Assembly (NCBI GenBank): GCA_023391875.1
Contig: JAEWAB010000006.1
Coordinates: 21,755-85,754 of the forward strand
Direction: 5' to 3'
Length of the DNA stretch: 64,000 nt
From: Bacillota bacterium
GTDB lineage: Bacteria; Bacillota; Clostridia; Oscillospirales; Ruminococcaceae
Within the stretch, counting starts at the first letter, position 1. Every line of letters begins with the position of its first letter. The position numbers were made by a program, and so were the translations under genes. Of this stretch, positions 19,846 to 28,758 are shown one piece after another. The notes below the pieces were generated by a model. The model searched no databases. It had not been told where the DNA came from and was given only the letters and a program-made list of their open reading frames with translations.

Positions 19846-21276
19846 CTAAACGCTTAACTCGGCTTTTTCACCAATTATTTCTTGATTTCGTTCAAGAAGC
19901 GGCTTTATATATTCCTGCGAAAACTCCGCTACCTGCTTCGCCGCTCTGCCGGTGAAGTTTTCCGGCTTTAAAACGGCAAGGATGTCCTCTTTTGTGAGCA
20001 TAAATGCCTTATCGTTTACAATGCGTTCGATGAGGTCGTTCTCCCCGCCTTGCTCCTTTACCACCTTTGCGGCAGCAAGGGAATGCTCACGCAGCTTCTC
20101 GTGCAGAGCCTGCCGGTCGCCGCCCTTTTTAACCGCCTGCATCATGATGTTCTCGGTCGCCATAAAGGGGAGCTCCTTCATTACGCGCTGCTCGATCACC
20201 TTGGGGTACACCACGATGCCGTCGCACACATTGAGCATGATATTCAGGATGGCGTCTACCCCCAAGAAGGCCTCCGCCACGCTGATGCGCTTGTTGGCCG
20301 AATCGTCAAGGGTGCGCTCAAACCACTGTGTCGCGGCGGTAAAGGAGGGGTTTAGGCTGTCTACCATCACATATCGCGCCAAGGAGGTGATGCGCTCACT
20401 GCGCATAGGGTTGCGCTTGTAGGGCATGGCGGAAGAACCGATCTGGTTTTTCTCAAACGGCTCCTCCATCTCCTTAAAGGTCTGCAAAATACGCATGTCG
20501 TTGGAAAATTTGGAGGCAGTCTGCGCAACACCGCTTAAGGTTGCAAGCACCTGCGCGTCTACCTTGCGCGAATAGGTCTGCCCCGAAACGGGTACTACCC
20601 CGTCAAAGCCCATATCCTGTGCTATCAAGGCTTCCAGCCTGCGTATCTTTTCGTCGTCACCGTCAAAAAGCTCCACAAAGCTCGCCTGCGTGCCGGTGGT
20701 GCCCTTGGAGCCCAGCAGCTTTAAGCTGTTTATGCGGTACTCAACCTCATCCAGGTCGTAGAGCAGCTCGTTCATCCAAAGCGTTGCGCGCTTGCCCACC
20801 GTGGTAAGCTGCGCGGGCTGCAGGTGGGTATACGCGAGCGCGGGCAGGTCTTTATATTTCAGCGCAAAATCATTGAGCAGTGCAAGTACATTTAAAAGCT
20901 TACGCCGCACCACCCTCAGCGCGTCACGCATAACAATAACATCGGTATTGTCACCAACATAACAGGAGGTTGCGCCAAGATGGATAATCCCCTTCGCCGT
21001 GGGGCACTGCAAACCGTAAGCGTAAACATGCGCCATCACGTCGTGGCGCACGAGGCGCTCGCGCTGCTCGGCTTCTTCGTAGTTAATGTTGTCCGCACTC
21101 GCTTTTAGCTCCGCAATCTGGGTATCGGTGATATCCAGCCCCAGCTGCTTCTCCGCTTTCGCCAGCGCGACCCAAAGCCTTCTCCATGTCCTAAACTTTT
21201 TATCGGCAGAGAAGATATACTGCATCTCGTCACTGGCGTAACGGGTGCAAAATGGGCTTTCGTATGAGTCGTGCAA
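19846..21276 (-). CDS. purB: Adenylosuccinate lyase
   Basis: RHDVMAH, HLGATS, THLQPAQ.TT.GKR and GSSAMPYKRNP signature; TTG start 6 nt after GGAGGTG. Confidence 0.96.
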   Translation of the reverse strand: MHDSYESPFCTRYASDEMQYIFSADKKFRTWRRLWVALAKAEKQLGLDITDTQIAELKASADNINYEEAEQRERLVRHDVMAHVYAYGLQCPTAKGIIHLGATSCYVGDNTDVIVMRDALRVVRRKLLNVLALLNDFALKYKDLPALAYTHLQPAQLTTVGKRATLWMNELLYDLDEVEYRINSLKLLGSKGTTGTQASFVELFDGDDEKIRRLEALIAQDMGFDGVVPVSGQTYSRKVDAQVLATLSGVAQTASKFSNDMRILQTFKEMEEPFEKNQIGSSAMPYKRNPMRSERITSLARYVMVDSLNPSFTAATQWFERTLDDSANKRISVAEAFLGVDAILNIMLNVCDGIVVYPKVIEQRVMKELPFMATENIMMQAVKKGGDRQALHEKLREHSLAAAKVVKEQGGENDLIERIVNDKAFMLTKEDILAVLKPENFTGRAAKQVAEFSQEYIKPLLERNQEIIGEKAELSV

Positions 21277-21444
21277 ATTGTACACCTCCGAGTAATCATC
21301 ATAGCCGTCAATGCTATGTGCTTATTTTATCAATTGCCGAAATTTACTCTTTACCGCAGGCTATAAATTGACAGAATAAGCAACTGCATCTATTATATCA
21401 CGTTCAGTGAAGTTTGTCCCACTAAAATGTCAGAAAACGCTTGG

Positions 21445-21482
21445 CAAAAAATATCCGAATAAGCATTTGCCTATCCGGATAT
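21445..21482 (-). terminator. Intrinsic terminator after the aminotransferase gene
   Basis: Minus strand ATATCCGGATAGGCA-AA-TGCTTATTCGGATAT followed by a T run. Confidence 0.75.
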
Positions 21483-21505
21483 CGGTTTATTGGGTTAAAA
21501 CAATT

Positions 21506-22786
21506 CTATTTAGTCAAAAGCTTCTCGGCACTTGCGAGCTTTACGCACAGGCAGAACAGCTCCATGGCGGCTTTAAGCTCCGAAAGCGGCGGGAAGGTAG
21601 GCGCTATGCGGATATTGCTGTCGCTGGGGTCAACGCTATAGGGATATGTAGCCCCTGCGGGGGTAAGTACCACACCCGCTTCCTTGCACAGCCAAACGAC
21701 CCTTTTGGCGCAGCCGTTTGGAACATTCACCGAAATGAAGTAGCCGCCGTTAGGCTTATGAAAGCTTACAAGCCCAAGCTCGGTAAGCTCCTGCTGTAGC
21801 ATCCCTGTTACTAGCTCAAACTTCGGTATCAGTATCTCGGCCTGCTTTTTCATGTGCCGCATAATGCCGTCAAAGTTTTTAAAATACTTCACATGCCTGA
21901 GCTGGTTGAGCTTATCCGGGCCGATGGTTTGGATGGTCAGCATGCTTTTAATCTGCCTGATATTGTTGTCGGACGCCGCCATTACCGCGACCCCCGAGCC
22001 GGGGAACGAGATCTTGGAGGTGGAGGCAAACTCAAAAACCATGTCTTCGGTACCCGCTGCCCTGCATTCGTCAAAGATGTTGAGCAGCGTATCGGCTTCA
22101 TACAGGTCGTGCACCACATACGCGTTATCCCAGAAGATTCTAAAGTCCTCCGCCGCTGGCTTTAGTCGTGCGAAACGCCTCACCACCTCGTCGGAATAGG
22201 TAATCCCCTCGGGGTTTGAATACTTGGGTATACACCAGATACCCTTAATGGCGCTGTCGCTGGATACCAGGCGCTCTACTTCGTCCATATCCGGCCCGTC
22301 GCTGTTCATCTTCACGGTGATGAGCTCCATGCCAAACAGCTCGGTGATGGCAAAATGGCGGTCGTAACCCGGCGACGGGCAAAGGAATTTGACCTTATCA
22401 AGCTTCATCCACGGCTGTTTGGAGCCGTAAACGCCGTGCGTCATGGCTCTGGCGATGGTATCGTACATCATGTTCAGGCTGGAATTCCCGCCGATGATGA
22501 TGTTTTGGGCGGGCACCGCAAGCATCTCGGCAAACAGCCTTTTTGCCTCGGGGATACCGTCAAGCAAACCATAATTCCTGCAATCGGTACCATCCTCTGC
22601 CTTCATAATATCGCTGCTGGTAAGGGAATCAAAAATGCCGTTTGAGATATCAAGCTGGGTTGCGGAGGGTTTTCCTCTGGACATATCCAGCTTTAAACCT
22701 TTTGCTTTAATATCATTATACTGTGCTTCCCACTGCTGCTTTAACGCTAAAATCTGTTCCTTGGGCTGTTGCTCAAGTTTCGACAT
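21506..22786 (-). CDS. PLP-dependent aminotransferase class I/II (aspartate aminotransferase-like)
   Basis: LDMSRGKP, PGYDRHF, P.YSNP.G, WDNAY, STSKI (PLP lysine), IRIAP. Confidence 0.88.
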   Translation of the reverse strand: MSKLEQQPKEQILALKQQWEAQYNDIKAKGLKLDMSRGKPSATQLDISNGIFDSLTSSDIMKAEDGTDCRNYGLLDGIPEAKRLFAEMLAVPAQNIIIGGNSSLNMMYDTIARAMTHGVYGSKQPWMKLDKVKFLCPSPGYDRHFAITELFGMELITVKMNSDGPDMDEVERLVSSDSAIKGIWCIPKYSNPEGITYSDEVVRRFARLKPAAEDFRIFWDNAYVVHDLYEADTLLNIFDECRAAGTEDMVFEFASTSKISFPGSGVAVMAASDNNIRQIKSMLTIQTIGPDKLNQLRHVKYFKNFDGIMRHMKKQAEILIPKFELVTGMLQQELTELGLVSFHKPNGGYFISVNVPNGCAKRVVWLCKEAGVVLTPAGATYPYSVDPSDSNIRIAPTFPPLSELKAAMELFCLCVKLASAEKLLTK

Positions 22787-22845
22787 GAATATTTCCCCCT
22801 GTTATACTGCACAACTATAATAAGATGTTGTAACGCAACGCTATT

Positions 22846-22874
22846 ATTCTAATACAAGTATTATAATTTTGCAA
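22846..22874 (-). promoter_or_regulatory. Putative sigma-A promoter of the aminotransferase gene
   Basis: Minus strand TTGCAA-17bp-TAGAAT. Confidence 0.55.
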
Positions 22875-22942
22875 GATTATTTTTTGAAACTTGCAAATAT
22901 ATCATATGCAAGTTCTGGCAGTATGTGAGGTACAGTATAAAA

Positions 22943-24343
22943 TTAAAACTCACAGAGGCCGGTTGTACGCGGAAAGGGCAGCACGTCACGAATATTGGTA
23001 ATACCCGTAAGATACATCACCAGACGTTCAAACCCAAGGCCAAAGCCCGCGTGGCGGGTGCCGCCGTATTTTCTAAGGTCGAGGTACCATGAATAGTCCT
23101 CCGCTTTCAGGCCCTGCTCGTCCATTCTCGCGGTGAGCAGTTCCAAGCGTTCCTCACGCTGGCTGCCGCCGATCAGCTCGCCGATGCCGGGCACCAGCAT
23201 ATCCATGGCGGCAACGGTTTTGCCGTCGTCGTTCTGGCGCATATAGAAGGCCTTGATCTCCTTCGGGTAGTCGATGACGAACACCGGCTTTTTAAAAATC
23301 TGCTCGGTTAAAAACCGTTCGTGCTCGGTTTGCAGGTCGCTGCCCCACGAAACCGGGTATTCAAAGTTTGGGTTGTTCTGCTCGAGCAGCTTGATCGCCT
23401 CGGTATAGGTTACACAGCCAAAGTCGGCATTCACAAGGTTTGTAAGCCGCTCGATAAGCGCCTTGTCTTTATCATAAAAATCGTTGAAGAACTGCATCTC
23501 CTGCGGGCAGTTTTCGAGTACATAAGCAATAACGAACTTTACCATGCGCTCGGCAAGGTGCATATCGTCCGTAAGGTCCGCAAAGGCGATCTCCGGCTCA
23601 ATCATCCAGAACTCCGCGGCATGGCGCGGGGTGTTGGAGTTTTCCGCGCGGAAGGTAGGGCCAAAGGTGTATACCTTGCCAAACGCGAGCGCCATGCACT
23701 CCGCCTCCAGCTGGCCGGATACGGTAAGGCCGGAGGCCTTGCCAAAGAAATCCTGACTAAAGTCCACGTTCCCCTGCTGCGTGAGTGGCGGTTCTTTGGC
23801 ATCGAGGGTGGTTACGCGGAACATCTCGCCCGCGCCCTCACAATCGCTGCCCGTGATGATGGGGGTGTGCGCGTAAACAAAGCCGTCCTCCTGAAAGAAC
23901 TTGTGAATGGCGTATGCCGCCGCCGAGCGAACCCGAAACGCCGCGCTGAAGGTATTGGTGCGCGGGCGCAGGTGCTGCATCGTGCGCAGGAACTCCAAGC
24001 TGTGGCGCTTTTTCTGCAGCGGGTAATCGGGGGTGGAACCGCCCTCTACTTCAACCACTTCGGCGTGAATCTCAAGCGGCTGCTTGGCCTCAGGGGTAAG
24101 GATAACACTGCCCCGCACCACGATGGCAGAGCCCACATTGAGCTTTGTCACCTCTTTAAAATTGGCTACCTTCGCTTCCTCCAGTACCACCTGTAGGTTA
24201 CTAAAGCAGCTGCCGTCGTTTAACTCTATGAAGCACAGCGCCTTGGAGTCGCGCAGGGTTTTAACCCAGCCGCACACCGTAACCTGTTTTTCCGCAAAGC
24301 CCGCTGCGCCTGAAAATAATGCCTTTATCTCTATTCGTTCCAT
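22943..24343 (-). CDS. asnS: Asparagine--tRNA ligase
   Basis: N-terminal OB fold, [42 protein letters not shown]. Confidence 0.96.
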   Translation of the reverse strand: MERIEIKALFSGAAGFAEKQVTVCGWVKTLRDSKALCFIELNDGSCFSNLQVVLEEAKVANFKEVTKLNVGSAIVVRGSVILTPEAKQPLEIHAEVVEVEGGSTPDYPLQKKRHSLEFLRTMQHLRPRTNTFSAAFRVRSAAAYAIHKFFQEDGFVYAHTPIITGSDCEGAGEMFRVTTLDAKEPPLTQQGNVDFSQDFFGKASGLTVSGQLEAECMALAFGKVYTFGPTFRAENSNTPRHAAEFWMIEPEIAFADLTDDMHLAERMVKFVIAYVLENCPQEMQFFNDFYDKDKALIERLTNLVNADFGCVTYTEAIKLLEQNNPNFEYPVSWGSDLQTEHERFLTEQIFKKPVFVIDYPKEIKAFYMRQNDDGKTVAAMDMLVPGIGELIGGSQREERLELLTARMDEQGLKAEDYSWYLDLRKYGGTRHAGFGLGFERLVMYLTGITNIRDVLPFPRTTGLCEF

Positions 24344-24385
24344 ATGATACCCTCCAAACTTTATATTCAACTTTATGAATATACA

Positions 24386-25042
24386 CTATTCAAACGGGTG
24401 AAGCTCTCCGTCCAGCATTCCCGTGCGCAGTACCGACGTATGCTCAAGACAGCCGGGGTGCTGCTTCTCGAAAGCCTTAATAATCAGTGACGGGTTTAGG
24501 CCCTCGTTTACTCCCGACATCAGACGAAGGGTGATGATGGCCTTACCGCCCTCCACGATTACCGATTCCTCGCCGATATAATCCTTGAGGTTCACCTCTT
24601 TAAAACCCTTTTTGGTTTTCTTTTGGCTAAGTATCTCCGGCTGACGGATAAACGCCTGCCATAGCGGGATAAACTCCGCAGGGTCCACGTCATGTACCGT
24701 AAGGCGGTATTGTGCAAAGGCGATAGCCTCCGTTTTGCTCTTTGGCTCCGCGGCGCGCAGCACCCGTATCTCGGGCGGAAGCGCCTCGTTTAATCGCTCG
24801 ATCAGCGCGGAAAGTGGGAACTCATCTTCCACAAGCTTGATATCCATGGTTTCACATTCGCTTTCAAACCCCAGCGAGAGCGGCATGGCAAAGGTCATGT
24901 AGATATGCGGGTTAAAGCCTTGGGTATACCAAACAGGAATCCTTGCGCGTTTGAGTGAGCGCTGCATACAGCGCATCATGTCAAGGTGCGAGATATAAGC
25001 CGCACGCCCTTTTTTACTGAACCAGATTCTAACGCTGTTCAA
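24386..25042 (-). CDS. Radical SAM-linked protein (TIGR03936/DUF2344 type)
   Basis: F.K.G...YISHLD..R...R..IP..YTQGFNPH....FA.PLSLG.ESE; TTG start overlaps the upstream stop. Confidence 0.88.
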   Translation of the reverse strand: MNSVRIWFSKKGRAAYISHLDMMRCMQRSLKRARIPVWYTQGFNPHIYMTFAMPLSLGFESECETMDIKLVEDEFPLSALIERLNEALPPEIRVLRAAEPKSKTEAIAFAQYRLTVHDVDPAEFIPLWQAFIRQPEILSQKKTKKGFKEVNLKDYIGEESVIVEGGKAIITLRLMSGVNEGLNPSLIIKAFEKQHPGCLEHTSVLRTGMLDGELHPFE

Positions 25043-26882
25043 CGCATACACCCCTTCCTGCTTCGCTTGCGCCGCAGCCCGTACAATGGATTCTGCAATG
25101 AGGTGTGGTGGCATTTTGATGCGCCGCCTGATTCTCCCTTATTAAAAACGATTTTGAGATATAGTAATCCAAGTGATCCCACGGCATCACCTCGTCGTAG
25201 GCTCGGGTGCGGTTCGCGTAAAAGGCGGGGTCAATCCCCAAATCCTTCATTACGCCCTCCCATACATCGTAATGGAAACACTGCATCCAGCCATCAAAGA
25301 AGCAGCCGCGACGGTAGGCTTCTTCCAGTACTTTGCCCAAGCGGCGGTCGCCGCGCGCCAGTACCGCCTCCAGCAGGCTGGTTTCCACACTGCTCCAGTT
25401 GACGGTTACCTTGCGCTTAGCCTTTACCGCCTCCAGTAGCGCACGGTGCTTCTCTAAAATCGATTCCCGGGTATCCTGCGGCTCAAACTCAAAGGGTGTA
25501 AACGGCTTGGGTACAAAGGTGGAGATACTGGCGCTCACCGTTACCCCCTTGCCCTTCTGCCTTGTGGGCAGGTCGTAGTAGAGGTCTACCACCTTCTGCG
25601 CAAGGTTGATGATGCCTTCCACATCCTCCATCGTTTCGGTAGGCAGGCCCAGCATAAAATAAAGCTTTACGCTGGTATACCCGCCCTCAAACGCGGTTTT
25701 ACAGGTGTTTAGGATATTCTCTTCGGTGATGTTTTTATTGATGACATCGCGCAGGCGCTGGGTACCCGCCTCGGGCGCAAAGGTAAGGCCGCTTTTACGC
25801 ACCTTCTTGATCTTTTCCATCAGTTCTTCCGAGAAATTATCGATGCGCAGGCTCGGCAAAGCAAGGTTGATTTTGTCCCTGCTTGTCCAGTCTATCATCT
25901 CGCCCAAAAGATCACCCAGCTGTGAATAATCGCTGGTGCTCAGGGAGGAAAGCGAAATCTCCTCGTACCCGGTGCTCTCGCAAAGGTTGTGGGCGTCACG
26001 GTTTAAGGTGTCATAGCCCTTTTCCCGCAACGGGCGGTAGATAAAGCCTGCCTGACAGAACCTGCACCCGCGCAGGCACCCGCGCATGACCTCGATTTGC
26101 GCGCGGTCGAATACGATATCCACAAAGGGCACGACAAACTGCTCGGGGTAGAATACCTTGTCAAGGTCTTTGATAATCGCCTTTTTCACTTTTTTGGGGG
26201 CACCCTCCGAGTTGATCACCTCGGCAACGGTGCCGTCGGGGTTATAGTGCACATCATAAAGGGAGGGAACATACACGCCTTCTATCTGCGCGGCCTTCCT
26301 TAGGAACACCGCTTTGCTTAAGCCCTGTTCCTTGGCCTTGATGTAGAGATCGGATAGTGCCAAGATATGTTCTTCGCCCTCGCCGAGCATAAAAAGGTCT
26401 ATAAAATCCGCCATCGGTTCGGGGTTGCAGGTGCAAGGCCCCCCCGCCACCACCAGCGGCGATAACCCCTTACGGTCACACGCTTTGATGGGAACCCCCG
26501 CGAGATCGAGCATATTCAGCACATTGGTATAGCTGAGCTCGTACTGAAGCGAGAAACCGATCATATCAAAATCCGCGATGGGGTCTAAACTCTCTAAGCC
26601 ATAGAGTGGAATGTTATGCTCGCGCATCTTTTCCTGCATATCGAGCCACGGCGTAAACACCCGTTCGCACCAGATGTCTTCCCTGCTGTTAAGCAGCGAG
26701 TACAATATCTTCATGCCAAGGTGAGACATCCCCACTTCATAGGTATCGGGGAAACAGAACGCAAAGCGAAGCTTGATAGGTTCAAGGCTTTTCACCACAC
26801 TGCCAAGCTCGCCGCCGATATACCGCGCGGGCTTCTCCACCGAGGTAAGAAAGCTATCGAGCTTATCTTTTAGCTGCATCAT
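25029..26882 (-). CDS. B12-binding radical SAM protein (TIGR03960 type)
   Basis: KPARYIGGE, FPDTYEVGMSHLG, CxxxCxxC (CLRGCRFC), C-terminal CxxxCxxC. Confidence 0.9.
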   Translation of the reverse strand: MMQLKDKLDSFLTSVEKPARYIGGELGSVVKSLEPIKLRFAFCFPDTYEVGMSHLGMKILYSLLNSREDIWCERVFTPWLDMQEKMREHNIPLYGLESLDPIADFDMIGFSLQYELSYTNVLNMLDLAGVPIKACDRKGLSPLVVAGGPCTCNPEPMADFIDLFMLGEGEEHILALSDLYIKAKEQGLSKAVFLRKAAQIEGVYVPSLYDVHYNPDGTVAEVINSEGAPKKVKKAIIKDLDKVFYPEQFVVPFVDIVFDRAQIEVMRGCLRGCRFCQAGFIYRPLREKGYDTLNRDAHNLCESTGYEEISLSSLSTSDYSQLGDLLGEMIDWTSRDKINLALPSLRIDNFSEELMEKIKKVRKSGLTFAPEAGTQRLRDVINKNITEENILNTCKTAFEGGYTSVKLYFMLGLPTETMEDVEGIINLAQKVVDLYYDLPTRQKGKGVTVSASISTFVPKPFTPFEFEPQDTRESILEKHRALLEAVKAKRKVTVNWSSVETSLLEAVLARGDRRLGKVLEEAYRRGCFFDGWMQCFHYDVWEGVMKDLGIDPAFYANRTRAYDEVMPWDHLDYYISKSFLIRENQAAHQNATTPHCRIHCTGCGASEAGRGVCVEQR

Positions 26883-26927
26883 AGTTTATTCCTTTCAAAC
26901 GGGGCAATAGATCTTTGCCGGTCATTA

Positions 26928-27015
26928 TACTAAATTTCATACGCCGTTATAAACGGCGTATGCGGCTTTTAGCCGCCGAATTTCCGTTCAATACTCATAT
27001 AATGAAGAATTAGTA
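26928..27015 (+). mobile_element. Miniature inverted-repeat element, family 1, copy A (88 bp)
   Basis: TACTAAATTTC...AATGAAGAATTAGTA with hairpins CATACGCCGTT-ATA-AACGGCGTATG and GCGGCT-TTT-AGCCGC; flanks TTA/TCA. Confidence 0.8.
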
Positions 27016-27027
27016 TCACAATACCAT

Positions 27028-27056
27028 ATCATACCGCAATAAGCGCCGCAATACAA
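27028..27056 (-). promoter_or_regulatory. Putative sigma-A promoter of the radical SAM operon, between two repeat copies
   Basis: Minus strand TTGTAT-17bp-TATGAT. Confidence 0.55.
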
Positions 27057-27074
27057 CATGCAAACGCAGGGTTA

Positions 27075-27260
27075 ACCTATATTCCATTTAAAAAGGGGAT
27101 AAAATCCCCTTTTTAAACACGCCGATATATAAACGGTGTGGGCTTTAAGGCGCTGAATTACCATTCAATATGCTTTCTGCAACAACGCAAAGCGTTGTTG
27201 TTCCCCGCCAAAAGCGGGGTTTTAAAAGTGATGAAATCGCTTTTTAAAGAAGAATTAGTA
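27075..27260 (+). mobile_element. Miniature inverted-repeat element, family 1, longest copy B (186 bp)
   Basis: Degenerate left end ACCTATATTCCAT, right end GAAGAATTAGTA, TTA on both flanks; hairpins at 27087-27117, 27118-27140, 27180-27200, 27203-27219 and 27221-27248. Confidence 0.8.
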
Positions 27261-27869
27261 TTATAGCATGATGCGGCGCTGCTTTGGTTTAAAGTTGAGC
27301 AGCAGCCCTGCGAGCAGGAACAGCGAAACTACGAGCAGCGAGAAGTTGCTTCTCGTTACCACCAGCAGCATAATGCCTAATATAAACAGCGGTACCAGCA
27401 CGACGAGAGAAACGACCAGCGCGACAACGCCCCCCGTTTTGGCGCCCCAAAAATGTGTACACAGCAGGCTTACCACCCGCCCGCCGTCCAGTGATCCCAC
27501 CGGCAGTAGGTTAAACACACCAATCGTAAGGTTTACGGCCGCGATGAGCGACACCACCGGCAACGCGGAGCTTTGGCATAAAAAGAACAGAAAGATATTG
27601 ACAAGCGGCCCGGCAAGCAGCGTGATAATCTCTTCATGTAAAAGCAGGGTATCGGTTTTTACAATCCGTACCCCAAACGCCTCAAAACTTACGGATATGA
27701 CGTCGCCCTTAAAAAGAAGCATCGCCAGCAGGTGCGCAAGCTCGTGCGCGGCGGAGGATAGAAACGCACACAATACCACGCCGGTGCGGTCTACCACCAG
27801 CAGTACCGCCAGCACCGCCACAAACAGAAACTTTACCTCAATCCGCACCCCGCAAAACCGAAAGCTCAT
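27261..27869 (-). CDS. spoIVFB: M50 family intramembrane metalloprotease, SpoIVFB-like
   Basis: HELAH, AGPLVN, FNLLP..LDGG; downstream of an M23 gene. Confidence 0.75.
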   Translation of the reverse strand: MSFRFCGVRIEVKFLFVAVLAVLLVVDRTGVVLCAFLSSAAHELAHLLAMLLFKGDVISVSFEAFGVRIVKTDTLLLHEEIITLLAGPLVNIFLFFLCQSSALPVVSLIAAVNLTIGVFNLLPVGSLDGGRVVSLLCTHFWGAKTGGVVALVVSLVVLVPLFILGIMLLVVTRSNFSLLVVSLFLLAGLLLNFKPKQRRIML

Positions 27870-28678
27870 ACCACACCATCCTTGTCAAACACCCACATCG
27901 GGTCGGCGGCGATGCCGTTCTTTCTCATCTCAAAATGCAGGTGTGGGCCGGTGGCCACGCCGGTGCTCCCTACCAAGGCCAGTATTTCGCCGCGCTTGAT
28001 TCGAGCACCCTTTGGCGCTAAGATTTTATCACAGTGACAGTATACGGTTTCAAAGCCGCCGCCGTGGTCCAGTATCACAACGTTGCCGTAGATATCCGAA
28101 AAGCTAATCTCCTTTACAGTGCCCCCGACCGCCGCCATAATCCTTGTCCCCTTCGGAGCAGGAATGTCGATGCCTGTATGAAAATCGGGCTTCCCGGTTA
28201 TGGGGTGGGTACGATAGCCGAATTTACAGGAGATACCGCCGCCCTCTATCGGAAAGGTTACGCCGGCAAGCACCAAGATTGGGGACAAGGTCGTGCCTTT
28301 GGGGGCCTTTAAGCGTTTAACGCCATCAAAAGAAAAAACAGGCATCTCTCCACCCATGCCTGTTTCGTCTTTTTGCGTACCGTCTAAGAAGGAGAAGGTT
28401 TTGCTGACGGCATTTTCTATTGAGTCGAGGTTTTCACTAAGCACCTTGCCGGTAAAGCTTTCTCGTATGATCTCGTTATAAGATTGTTTAAGGGTATCGT
28501 AAGCGTCTGCGCCAAACTGTTTTACCGCAACCACCGAAAGCAGGATGAGCACGCATAAGAACAGCTGCAATGTCAGTATCTTTACGTAGCTCCCGCTGAT
28601 ATTCGTTTTTTCTTTTAAGCTCGCCTTTGCGGCTCTGCTGCGGTATTCAGACCTCGTTAACTCCGACATCTCCGTCAC
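27866..28678 (-). CDS. M23 family peptidase with N-terminal TM helix, SpoIVFA-like position
   Basis: HTGIDI, Y.HC, GPHLHFE; overlaps the start of the M50 gene. Confidence 0.85.
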   Translation of the reverse strand: MTEMSELTRSEYRSRAAKASLKEKTNISGSYVKILTLQLFLCVLILLSVVAVKQFGADAYDTLKQSYNEIIRESFTGKVLSENLDSIENAVSKTFSFLDGTQKDETGMGGEMPVFSFDGVKRLKAPKGTTLSPILVLAGVTFPIEGGGISCKFGYRTHPITGKPDFHTGIDIPAPKGTRIMAAVGGTVKEISFSDIYGNVVILDHGGGFETVYCHCDKILAPKGARIKRGEILALVGSTGVATGPHLHFEMRKNGIAADPMWVFDKDGVV

Positions 28679-28690
28679 TCCTCTGAAGAT

Positions 28691-28720
28691 AGTATATTCC
28701 GAACGGTGTCAAAAAATAAC
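28691..28720 (-). promoter_or_regulatory. Putative sigma-E promoter of the spoIVF-like operon
   Basis: Minus strand GTTATT-16nt-AATATACT. Confidence 0.5.
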
Positions 28721-28758
28721 TCGGCCGGGTCACAAACACTTTGATGAATAAACTTCCC

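Noticed and set aside
23321..24196. 291-aa plus-strand ORF (and many similar antisense ORFs in the track)
   Set aside because: Antisense shadow of asnS, explained by codon bias of the real gene.
24344..24385. T-box leader for asnS (also considered for gatCAB)
   Set aside because: The intergenic space is far too short and no T-box consensus is seen.
26928..27260. Hairpin cluster as a CRISPR array
   Set aside because: There are no identical direct repeats with unique spacers of regular length, and no cas genes in the window.
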